Assembly (NCBI GenBank): GCA_032480995.1
Contig: JAWETS010000010.1
Span: 25,966 to 89,965, forward strand
Direction: 5' to 3'
DNA: 64,000 nt
Source of the DNA: Veillonella sp.
GTDB taxonomy: Bacteria > Bacillota > Negativicutes > Veillonellales > Veillonellaceae
Shown here: positions 37,991 to 46,124 of the stretch, piece after piece
How positions within the stretch are numbered: the stretch's first letter is position 1
Layout: each line of letters starts with the position of its first letter
Position numbers and translations under genes: made by a program
Notes under the pieces: generated by a model
What the model saw: the letters and a program-made list of their open reading frames with translations, nothing else
Databases searched by the model: none
Told to the model about the DNA's origin: nothing

Positions 37991-38392
37991 TTAATCTCGA
38001 CGACCACCTCGGCCTCCGCGTTTTCCTTCGGTATTACGTTTTAAATCGTGTAATCGTTCATTGCTATCGCGCAAAAATGATTTCATCTTCGCTTCGAAAG
38101 ACTCTATGCTTTGTTTCGATTGAACACGATGAGGACGTTTTTCTTCGTCCATCCCCTCTTTAGGTTGTGTTTGACGAATGGAAAGTCCTATTTTATTACC
38201 ATCAATAGATAAAACCTTAACCTTTACCGGATCCTCAACTTTTAAAAGGGTATTAATATCTTCGATATATCCATGAGCTACTTCAGAGATATGAACTAAC
38301 CCTGTTTGCTTTTCTCCTAAATCAACAAATACGCCGAATTTTGTAATACCTGATACGGTACCATCAATAATGTTACCAACTTCGATTGCCAT
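37991..38392 (-). CDS. S1 RNA-binding domain protein (YabR-like)
   Basis: 133 aa. The S1 fold reads VGNIIDGTVSGITKFGVFVDLGEKQTGLVHISEVAHGYIEDI...VKVKVLSID. The C-terminal tail is basic and RGG-like. Confidence 0.8.
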   Translation of the reverse strand: MAIEVGNIIDGTVSGITKFGVFVDLGEKQTGLVHISEVAHGYIEDINTLLKVEDPVKVKVLSIDGNKIGLSIRQTQPKEGMDEEKRPHRVQSKQSIESFEAKMKSFLRDSNERLHDLKRNTEGKRGGRGGRRD

Positions 38393-38461
38393 GCAACCTC
38401 CTAATTAATGCGGAAACCTTAAACTACAAACTGATGCAAAGAAAAAATAATAGAATACACT

Positions 38462-38794
38462 CTATTTTACATATGGTACTTCACCAGGCTTTACCAATCC
38501 TAACTCCTCACGAGCAACCCCTTCTATGGTCTTTGGATCTTGTAACCTAGCCTTTTCCTGTTCTAACTCTTCATTTCGCTGCTGTAACTCTTGCAATTGT
38601 TGCTCTATATGTTGTTTTTCTTGATATACAGCCACCAAGCGATAAGCCTGCCCTAACAGTAACAGCACCATAATCCCTATGCCAATCCGCTTGATCCACA
38701 TGAGGATAATACGCTGATCCTGTGCTTTGCGATTAGGACGAACCCGTTTGCGTGGCCTTTTTGGGCGTTGTACATCCATAGTGTCCTGAGTCAT
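38462..38794 (-). CDS. septum formation initiator (FtsB/DivIC family)
   Basis: Basic N-terminus, one TM helix (IGIGIMVLLLLGQAY) and a leucine-zipper-like coiled coil (QLQELQQRNEELEQEKARL), followed by ...EGVAREELGLVKPGE.... Start at the ATG at 38794; the track start is a TTG. Confidence 0.7.
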   Translation of the reverse strand: MTQDTMDVQRPKRPRKRVRPNRKAQDQRIILMWIKRIGIGIMVLLLLGQAYRLVAVYQEKQHIEQQLQELQQRNEELEQEKARLQDPKTIEGVAREELGLVKPGEVPYVK

Positions 38795-38971
38795 AATGTC
38801 CCCCAAATATTCATCATCTGTATACTGTCATTTTTAGATTATACCACATAACAGAGCTTGGGACTAAAGAAAATTACAGATATTTCTCATTAAGAACGAT
38901 AACATAAATCCGTATAAATTTAAAACTCCATATGCAATGTAAACTTTCTATATACAAAAGTAAATATCCAC

Positions 38972-39919
38972 TTACATAGTCTCAGCCTTTGCAACATGTT
39001 CACGAATGACAGCACAAGAAGCTTTAAATAAGGCTAGCTCTTCATTGGTTAGTTGCAGTTCAAAAACATCTTCGATGCCATCTTTACCAATAACAGCAGG
39101 AGTAGATGCAAATATTCCTTCTTCTCCATATTGTCCATTTAAATAACAGGAGCAAGGCAATACCTTCTTTTCATCATGGAATACGGCGCGAATCAATTCT
39201 GTGGTAGCACTCGCAATACCAAACTCCGTAGAACCTTTACCAGCTAGTACATGATAGCCACCAATTTTAACATCATCTAGTACTTTTGTATGGTCAAGTT
39301 TAGGAAATCTATGAGGTAGCTCTCGATATAATTCTAAAAGTGGTTTACCTTGTACACAGACATGGGACCACGGCACCATGGCACTACCTCCATGTTCACC
39401 TAAACAGTAGGCCGTAATAGAGCGATTACTAATAGTAAAGATATGAGCTAATTCTTTTTGCAATCTAGCTGAATCTAGAGCGGTTCCCGTTGAAATAATA
39501 CGCTTAGGATTCCACTCAAGATGTTTACATAAATAGGTAGCTACCACATCAGCAGGATTAGAAATTGAAATGATGAAACCTTGAAAAGAAGACTGCTTAA
39601 TACGTGGAATAACGTCTTTTAGTACAGCCACTGTTTCACCAAGGCTCTCAAGGCGATCCTGATACAAATTCGGCAAAGGCCCCGCACTAAAAACGAGGAT
39701 ATCACAATCTCCACATTCTTCAATAGGGCCTGAGGTAGCAGTTACTTGATGTGGAATATAGCTAACGGCATCATTAATATCCATAGCTTGCGCCTGAGCT
39801 TTTTTCTCGTCAATATCCATCAAATATAATTCATCAACCTCACCTTGCAAGGCTAAAGAAAATGCCACATGAGAGCCTACATGGCCAGTGCCAATAATAC
39901 CTACCTTACGTAACTTCAT
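38972..39919 (-). CDS. L-2-hydroxyacid (lactate/malate) dehydrogenase family protein
   Basis: MKLRKVGIIGTGHVGSHVAF (Rossmann fold), ...GTALDSARL... (Asp168/Arg171 equivalents) and ...LGEHGGSAMVPWS (catalytic His). The substrate loop SAGPLPNLYQDRLES diverges from the canonical AGxxQKPGETRLDL. Start at the ATG at 39919, with GGAGG 5 nt upstream. Confidence 0.8.
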   Translation of the reverse strand: MKLRKVGIIGTGHVGSHVAFSLALQGEVDELYLMDIDEKKAQAQAMDINDAVSYIPHQVTATSGPIEECGDCDILVFSAGPLPNLYQDRLESLGETVAVLKDVIPRIKQSSFQGFIISISNPADVVATYLCKHLEWNPKRIISTGTALDSARLQKELAHIFTISNRSITAYCLGEHGGSAMVPWSHVCVQGKPLLELYRELPHRFPKLDHTKVLDDVKIGGYHVLAGKGSTEFGIASATTELIRAVFHDEKKVLPCSCYLNGQYGEEGIFASTPAVIGKDGIEDVFELQLTNEELALFKASCAVIREHVAKAETM

Positions 39920-40013
39920 AAGAGCCTCCATACCTTAGCATAAAACGATAGCATATCCTCAAATGCCAATTATTTAAATCACGTATATCTGTATATGATT
40001 TATCTTAATAGAA

Positions 40014-40829
40014 TCATAACTCATTTAAATTCATCTCATCCAAATTGAGTGGGAACAAATCTTTTCCTTCCATCGCTTGAGGAGATTTTTCTAAATATTG
40101 TTTACGCATGGACCATAAAATATCCAAATCTGTAGGATCCAATTTTGATAATGCATATATCATAGTAAAGTCAGAACCATAGTGCCCACGTAAGCTATCA
40201 GGTACACCCTTAGAGCCTTCACCACTAATGCGGTTATTAAAGAACCCTTGGATACGACGATTATCTAAATCTATAATAATAAAACCTGATCCATCATACA
40301 CATATAATGTATGATTAACACGTTTTAATGCACGTACTGTATTCGTAATAAAATACTGGTCCTTCAAATCAATGAGGGACGACTCATAACCAGAATGGTA
40401 AAAGTCACCATAATAATGGGCCCCTCCATCAGTAGACTCCAACAAGCCTTTAAATTCTTTTTGCTCTTCAGCACTGAAATCGGATAAAGATTTTAGCTTT
40501 GTTATATTCCGTAAACCTCGTTGGTAATCATCCGATTTAGTTGGCTCTATATGTTGCCCCCTAAAGGTTATTGGCATTAAACGAAGTGCATTATCAGATA
40601 AATTATAAATCCCTAGTCCTTCATAACCTAAGAAATACACTTGTGATCCACTAGTCTTCATAGCTAATATTCGTTTTGAAATAATGGCATCACTAGAATT
40701 AACCAGTGTATGCGCTTCTGGATCAATACGTACTGTTTTACTATCATAATTTGCTCCTACAGCAAGCCAGTAAGATATCCCCATTATAATAAGTGCCAGT
40801 ACAAATAATCCAATACGTTTTATATTCAT
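40014..40829 (-). CDS. hypothetical membrane-anchored protein
   Basis: 271 aa ORF with one N-terminal TM helix (IGLFVLALIIMGISYWLAV). No motif was recognised. Coding is supported only by ORF length and co-orientation. Confidence 0.5.
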   Translation of the reverse strand: MNIKRIGLFVLALIIMGISYWLAVGANYDSKTVRIDPEAHTLVNSSDAIISKRILAMKTSGSQVYFLGYEGLGIYNLSDNALRLMPITFRGQHIEPTKSDDYQRGLRNITKLKSLSDFSAEEQKEFKGLLESTDGGAHYYGDFYHSGYESSLIDLKDQYFITNTVRALKRVNHTLYVYDGSGFIIIDLDNRRIQGFFNNRISGEGSKGVPDSLRGHYGSDFTMIYALSKLDPTDLDILWSMRKQYLEKSPQAMEGKDLFPLNLDEMNLNEL

Positions 40830-40930
40830 CTACGCTCTCCACGACTTTCCAATCATAAAACGTAAAAGCATGCGTACAATATGTATCGTGTTTACAGTGT
40901 ATCTAACATTAGATTATATACGATTCTAGC

Positions 40931-41404
40931 TTATGCACCCAATTGAGCTAATCGGTCAGCAATCTTAATCCCTTTATATGTGAATGTTGGTAATAGCTGA
41001 GATAGCGGTTCTAGTACAAAATTACGATTCCAAAAATGAGGATGCGGTATCACAAGACTTTCATCACACAAAGAAATCATCTTCCCCTCTATATCGTACA
41101 CTAAAATAATATCCAAATCTAATGTGCGAGGGCCCCAATGAATCAATCGTTTTCGTCCAGCCTCCTGCTCTAATTGCTGAATAAGGCTGAGCATTTGATG
41201 TGGATCTAGAGTGCTTTCACAAGACCATACGCCATTAACAAAAGTGTCTTGTTCCGTATATCCCCACGGCTCAGTTTCAATCAGAGGAGAAGTGACTAGC
41301 CTGGAAATTGCCTCATGATGTAGTAAGGATTGAAAAGCAGAACTGATGTAGCCTCTCTTATCCCCCATATTCGAGCCTACACTGATGTAATAGGTATACA
41401 TCAA
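40931..41404 (-). CDS. folK: 2-amino-4-hydroxy-6-hydroxymethyldihydropteridine pyrophosphokinase
   Basis: 157 aa. ...YISVGSNMGDK...ETEPWGY...GPRTLDLDIIL...PHP... are HPPK motifs. It overlaps folB by 4 nt. Confidence 0.9.
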   Translation of the reverse strand: MMYTYYISVGSNMGDKRGYISSAFQSLLHHEAISRLVTSPLIETEPWGYTEQDTFVNGVWSCESTLDPHQMLSLIQQLEQEAGRKRLIHWGPRTLDLDIILVYDIEGKMISLCDESLVIPHPHFWNRNFVLEPLSQLLPTFTYKGIKIADRLAQLGA

Positions 41405-41763
41405 ATTTGTCCTCTTGTAGTGATAACCTCAACATAATCCAAAATGCCTGAAATCGGTACAGATGGTTTACGCACCGTTACAGAGAGACCTACAATACCT
41501 TGATAATGTTGGTACAAGGAATCGGCGATAAGCGCCCCTAATCGTTCTAAAAGATTGTACTTTTCACCAGTCATAATTGATTCTACAATTTCATATACCT
41601 CTACATAATTGATTGAGTCCTCTAATTGATCACTTTGACCGGCCTTTGTAAGATCAGTTATTATTTCTACATCTACAAAAAATCGTTGCCCTTGTTCTTG
41701 CTCAGATGCCAAATTTCCGTGGTATCCGTAGAATGCCATATTTTTTAAAACGATTCTATCCAT
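41401..41763 (-). CDS. folB: dihydroneopterin aldolase
   Basis: 120 aa. ...FYGYHGNLASEQEQGQRFFVDVE...SINYVEVYE... is the FolB pattern. Confidence 0.9.
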   Translation of the reverse strand: MDRIVLKNMAFYGYHGNLASEQEQGQRFFVDVEIITDLTKAGQSDQLEDSINYVEVYEIVESIMTGEKYNLLERLGALIADSLYQHYQGIVGLSVTVRKPSVPISGILDYVEVITTRGQI

Positions 41764-42596
41764 TATTCACCTCGTAACAAGCCGTCTGCTACAGCTAAGG
41801 CGCGTTTGTGCATTTTCACATTGTGAACACGCACCATATCAACGCCTTGGAATACACCTGTAATACAAGCAGCTACCGTACCTTCATCGCGATCTTCTGG
41901 AGGCAATCCGCCTAACATAGATCCGATGAAACGCTTGCGGCTTGGAGCAAGTAAAACAGGATATTCATAAGCCGTTAACTCACCCAAGCGTTGCATAACT
42001 TCAATATTTTGTTCTTCAGTTTTACCAAAGCCAATACCTGGGTCAAGCCAGATTTGTTGTGGCGTTACCCCCTCTTTCAACGCTTTATCGATAGCACAGA
42101 AGAAGAATGCTTTCATATCTTCAATGATATCACCATAATTTGTATCATTACTATTATGCATGATGATAACAGGTACCTTATATTTAGCCACTACTGCGGC
42201 CATGTCAGGGTCATAATGTAAGCCCCATACATCATTTAGAATATGTGCCCCTTTTGAGAAGGCATATTCTGCGGTTTTAGCATGATATGTATCGATAGAC
42301 ACAGGAACTGTAGAGGCCTGTAAGACAGGCTCTATTAATAGAGATAAGCGTTCTATTTCCTCGTCTGCGGTCAAAGGTGTAGAACCAGGGCGTGTAGATT
42401 CAACGCCTAAATCGATAATATCTGCACCATCTTCAATCATTTGTTTTACATGAGCAATAGCTGTTTCTGGTGTATTAAAATTCCCCCCATCAGAGAAGGA
42501 GTCAGGTGTACCATTCAGTATACCCATGATAAGGGTACGATTACACAAAGATAAGCTTTTGCCATCATTCCATGTATAATTTCTACGTTTAAACAT
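41763..42596 (-). CDS. folP: dihydropteroate synthase
   Basis: 277 aa. ...IMGILNGTPDSFSDGG...GADIIDLGVESTRPG...NDVWG...DPGIGFGK... are present. Confidence 0.9.
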   Translation of the reverse strand: MFKRRNYTWNDGKSLSLCNRTLIMGILNGTPDSFSDGGNFNTPETAIAHVKQMIEDGADIIDLGVESTRPGSTPLTADEEIERLSLLIEPVLQASTVPVSIDTYHAKTAEYAFSKGAHILNDVWGLHYDPDMAAVVAKYKVPVIIMHNSNDTNYGDIIEDMKAFFFCAIDKALKEGVTPQQIWLDPGIGFGKTEEQNIEVMQRLGELTAYEYPVLLAPSRKRFIGSMLGGLPPEDRDEGTVAACITGVFQGVDMVRVHNVKMHKRALAVADGLLRGE

Positions 42597-43158
42597 TTAC
42601 CTGTCCTCCGCCTAACATTGCCAACGCTTCATCTCTTAATGTGCCCTTTTCGGCTAATACGCCTCGGCTTTCTAATGTAATAACCTTTGAATCTTGCTGC
42701 ATGGTCCCTTTGATGAGCATACACAACTGAGTCGATGTAATGCGTACAAATACGCCATGAGCAAATAAATCATTCATAATCGCATCAGCTAATTCAGATG
42801 CTAACCGCTCTTGTAATTGCGGTCTACGGCTGAGGATATTCACGATATCTTGAAACTTACTAAGTCCTGCCACACATCCATCCTTAGGTTGGTACACGAT
42901 ATCTACGGTACCAAAAAAAGGCAATAAATGATGCTCACACATGGAGTAAAACGGAATCCCTGTAACTGCTACGAGACCTTTATAGTCTGTACTAAAAGTC
43001 TCTCCCCATGCAGCTTTCGTGTCTAATCCTACACCGCTGAATAATTCACTATATAATTCTGTTACACGACTTGGTGTCTTCTCTAATTCTGGTGCCTCTG
43101 TATCAACAGATAAAGCCTCTAAGAATTGCTTTATCCCGTCCTTTGCACGTTGATTCAT
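42589..43158 (-). CDS. folE: GTP cyclohydrolase I
   Basis: ...FYSMCEHHLLPFFG... zinc/active-site motif. Start at the ATG at 43158, with GGAGG upstream, 9 nt after the ABC-F stop. The track start at 43188 would overlap the ABC-F gene. Confidence 0.9.
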   Translation of the reverse strand: MNQRAKDGIKQFLEALSVDTEAPELEKTPSRVTELYSELFSGVGLDTKAAWGETFSTDYKGLVAVTGIPFYSMCEHHLLPFFGTVDIVYQPKDGCVAGLSKFQDIVNILSRRPQLQERLASELADAIMNDLFAHGVFVRITSTQLCMLIKGTMQQDSKVITLESRGVLAEKGTLRDEALAMLGGGQVNV

Positions 43159-43166
43159 CGGTCCTC

Positions 43167-44723
43167 CTAAACGATCTTTGTCGTCCAATCCTCAATATTC
43201 CAAATATCCGTAACCCAACCTTGATAAAATTCGGGCTCATGACTAACCAGTACAATCGTACCTTTAAAATCACGCAATGCTCGGCTCAGTTCTTCCTTCG
43301 CATATATGTCTAAATGGTTGGTCGGTTCGTCTAGCACCAACACATTGTACTTATTCTGCATGAGCTTACATAGGCGAACCTTTGCATTCTCACCACCAGA
43401 TAATACGCGCATTTGAGACGTAATATGTTCATTAGTAAGGCCACAACGAGCTAATGCTGCACGCACCTCTGCATTGGTCATAGCAGGATATTCATTCCAA
43501 ATATAGTCTAACGCTGTTTCAGAATTAGATGGCGTATCCTCTTGGGCAAAATAACCTACTTGTAAGAACTCACCTTTTACCAACTCACCACTAACAGGCT
43601 TCAATAAACCTAAAATAGTTTTTAACAACGTAGTTTTACCTAGACCATTGACACCGCGAATAGCAATCTTTTTATTTCTTTCAATTTGAAAGTCTACTGG
43701 TCTAGTTAATGGTTCATCATAACCTAATTGCAATCCGAAAGCCTCTACGATAAAGCGACTTGGTGTACGGCCTTCTTTAAAACCAAAGCTAGGTTTAATA
43801 TACTCTTTTGGTTTTTCCAAGATTTCCATCTTCTCTAAGCGTTTAGCTCGAGAGTTCGCCATACCGCGCGTTGCAACGCGAGCTTTGTTACGTTGAATAA
43901 AGTCTTCCATACGCTCAATCTCTTGCTGTTGACGTTCATACGCCTTAGCAGCTTGCGCTTTTTTCACCTCGTAAGCAGCTTGGAACTGATGATAATCACC
44001 AGTATAACGCGTAAGCACCGCTTGTTCGATATGGTAAATAACATTAACTACGGAATTTAAAAACTCCATATCATGAGAAATCAAGATGAATGCATTTTCG
44101 TAATTTTGCAAATAGTTTTGCAACCATTGAATATGCTCTACATCAAGATAGTTTGTAGGTTCATCCAACAATAGAATAGTCGGTTTCTCTAGTAGAAGCT
44201 TTGTGAGCAAAACCTTTGTACGTTGACCACCACTGAGTTCTGTTACATCTCGGTCCAAACCGATATCCACAAGGCCCAAGCCTGCAGCCGTACGCTCAAT
44301 AACCGCATCAATTTCATAGAACCCACGTTGCTCTAGAATCTCTTGCCACTCCCCAACTTGCTCGAGAAGCTTATTCATTTCATCTTCGGATACATCGCCC
44401 ATACAATTGTACGCATTATTAATGTTTTGCTCCATCACGAATAAATCGTCAAAAGCGCTCTGTAACACATCGCGGATGGTCATGCCCTTTTCAAGAACAG
44501 CATGTTGATCCAAATAACCAACCGTTACCTGATTGGACCATTCAATTTTGCCTTCATCAGGCGGCAATTTACCTGTAATGATATTAAGAAATGTAGATTT
44601 ACCTTCACCATTAGCACCAATGAGGCCTACATGTTCACCTTTTAACAAACGGAATGATGCATCATCTAAAATTTGTCGCGCTCCAAAACCATGGGTTACA
44701 TTTGAAACGGTTAACACACTCAT
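43167..44723 (-). CDS. ABC-F family ATPase (two NBDs, no TMD)
   Basis: Two Walker A motifs (GANGEGKST, GVNGLGKTT) and two signatures (LSGGQRTKV, LSGGENAKV). A charged inter-domain linker (...AQAAKAYERQQQEIERMEDFIQRN...) is present. Start at the ATG at 44723, with GGTGGAG upstream. Confidence 0.85.
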   Translation of the reverse strand: MSVLTVSNVTHGFGARQILDDASFRLLKGEHVGLIGANGEGKSTFLNIITGKLPPDEGKIEWSNQVTVGYLDQHAVLEKGMTIRDVLQSAFDDLFVMEQNINNAYNCMGDVSEDEMNKLLEQVGEWQEILEQRGFYEIDAVIERTAAGLGLVDIGLDRDVTELSGGQRTKVLLTKLLLEKPTILLLDEPTNYLDVEHIQWLQNYLQNYENAFILISHDMEFLNSVVNVIYHIEQAVLTRYTGDYHQFQAAYEVKKAQAAKAYERQQQEIERMEDFIQRNKARVATRGMANSRAKRLEKMEILEKPKEYIKPSFGFKEGRTPSRFIVEAFGLQLGYDEPLTRPVDFQIERNKKIAIRGVNGLGKTTLLKTILGLLKPVSGELVKGEFLQVGYFAQEDTPSNSETALDYIWNEYPAMTNAEVRAALARCGLTNEHITSQMRVLSGGENAKVRLCKLMQNKYNVLVLDEPTNHLDIYAKEELSRALRDFKGTIVLVSHEPEFYQGWVTDIWNIEDWTTKIV

Positions 44724-44740
44724 ATCTATCTCCACCGGAA

Positions 44741-44767
44741 TAAAAGCCGTCTTGTTGAAGACGGCTT
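44741..44767 (-). terminator. terminator after the M20 amidohydrolase gene
   Basis: Minus strand has AGCCGUCUU-CAAC-AAGACGGCU followed by UUUAUUCC. Confidence 0.65.
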
Positions 44768-44813
44768 ATTTCATACTTACTTAAATATTATATCTATTGT
44801 ACCTTTTTGACCT

Positions 44814-45974
44814 CTATATGTCAAAACTTAGGTAATCACGTAGCAAGGCATATCGCAAGGCTACAACAGCCATAATTTTAGCTCCTTTAATAGCTTGTGC
44901 CAATCCATAGTCAGAACCTGCTGCACAAGTGAATTCTGGCGTATGCGCTTCTAATCCCAAACCAATTTGCAACGTAGGCTGCGCCGTAGGCACTTCATAG
45001 GACACATTACCTACATCAGTACTACCATCAGCCTCATCATCAGGCAATATACGAGGTGTTTCACCAAACTCAGTCATCACATCCTTAAAGAGATCTAATA
45101 ATCTTTTATCTTGACGCATATCCTTAAAGAGTGGCTCATAATGATGCATTTCAACTTGAGCACCATAGGATGCTGCAATCTCTTGAGCAGCCGCTTTGAT
45201 AGCCGGCAAAATAATACCTTCTAAATCATCCACTGTACTACCACGAACAGTCATGCGAATCGTAGCCTTTGGTGTAACCACATTTGGCGCTGTACCTGCT
45301 TCGGTAAAAATGGCCCCCACAATAGCCCCTTTAGGAAAGGTTCTCTTTAACTCTTTTATTTTTTGATATAATTCTACCGCACAATCTAAGGCATTAATTC
45401 CTGAATCTGTTAAGGATGCAATATGACAGGAGCGCCCATGGAAGGTAACCTCTAGTGGGTGTGTCGCTAAGGATGTGCCCCCCACCTCATTTTCACCGCC
45501 AGGATGAATAATAAGCGCCGCCTCATAGCCCTTAAATAAACCAGCCTCTGCCATATATACCTTACCACCGATAGTTTCCTCTGCAGGGCAACCAAAGAAA
45601 GTCGTTCCCCAATCCTGTGGTGCACTTTGACTGAAAGCAACAGCAGCACCTAAGCTCATCATGGCAATAAGATTATGACCACAACCATGACCGAGCTCAG
45701 GTAAGGCATCATATTCTCCTAAGAATGCGATTTTATATTTAGCATTACCTCTATAGTCGGCTCTTAACGCGGTTTGTAACTCACGTATATCGGTGAGCCC
45801 TACTTGAGATATAAAATTCTGTTTTTCTAAGAATTGGTGAATTGCCTTTACTGCTTTATGCTCATTCAAGCCCAATTCTGGATTATCGTGTAAATATAAG
45901 GAAACAGCACGTAATTCCTGTGCCATACTATCTATGATGGCACAGGCACGAGCCTCTCGTTCTTGTAGTGTCAT
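44814..45974 (-). CDS. M20D-family amidohydrolase/peptidase
   Basis: 386 aa. ...LGHGCGHNLIAMMSLGAA... metal-binding motif, ...AEETIGGK...IIHPG.... It has the overall AbgB/HipO-like pattern and no signal peptide. Confidence 0.8.
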   Translation of the reverse strand: MTLQEREARACAIIDSMAQELRAVSLYLHDNPELGLNEHKAVKAIHQFLEKQNFISQVGLTDIRELQTALRADYRGNAKYKIAFLGEYDALPELGHGCGHNLIAMMSLGAAVAFSQSAPQDWGTTFFGCPAEETIGGKVYMAEAGLFKGYEAALIIHPGGENEVGGTSLATHPLEVTFHGRSCHIASLTDSGINALDCAVELYQKIKELKRTFPKGAIVGAIFTEAGTAPNVVTPKATIRMTVRGSTVDDLEGIILPAIKAAAQEIAASYGAQVEMHHYEPLFKDMRQDKRLLDLFKDVMTEFGETPRILPDDEADGSTDVGNVSYEVPTAQPTLQIGLGLEAHTPEFTCAAGSDYGLAQAIKGAKIMAVVALRYALLRDYLSFDI

Positions 45975-45986
45975 AACTCCCCTTAT

Positions 45987-46076
45987 TATTATCTAATATC
46001 TTTGTTATCTAATATCTTATTCCCTAATATTTTATTACCTAATATCTCGGTAACTACTATTTTTATCTAATATCTA
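45987..46076. repeat. five direct copies of a ~15-bp unit (A/G)TTATCTAATATCTT
   Basis: The core CTAATAT occurs at 45993, 46009, 46024, 46039 and 46067, giving spacings of 16, 15, 15 and 28 nt. Copies 1, 2 and 5 share TTATCTAATATCT exactly. The array lies between the ldcA stop and the M20 gene start. Confidence 0.75.
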
Positions 46077-46124
46077 TTTATCTGTTTGTCTGTTAACTAA
46101 AATCATTCACCTAAAAGCTCTTAT

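Noticed and set aside
44724-44813. THF or other riboswitch upstream of the ABC-F / folE-folP-folB-folK operon
   Set aside because: The gap is ~90 nt and mostly taken up by the terminator of the upstream M20 gene. No conserved aptamer-like structure was seen.
45987-46076. CRISPR array interpretation of the 15-bp repeats
   Set aside because: The units are far too short, there are essentially no spacers between four of them, and no cas genes are nearby. I report this as a direct-repeat array instead.
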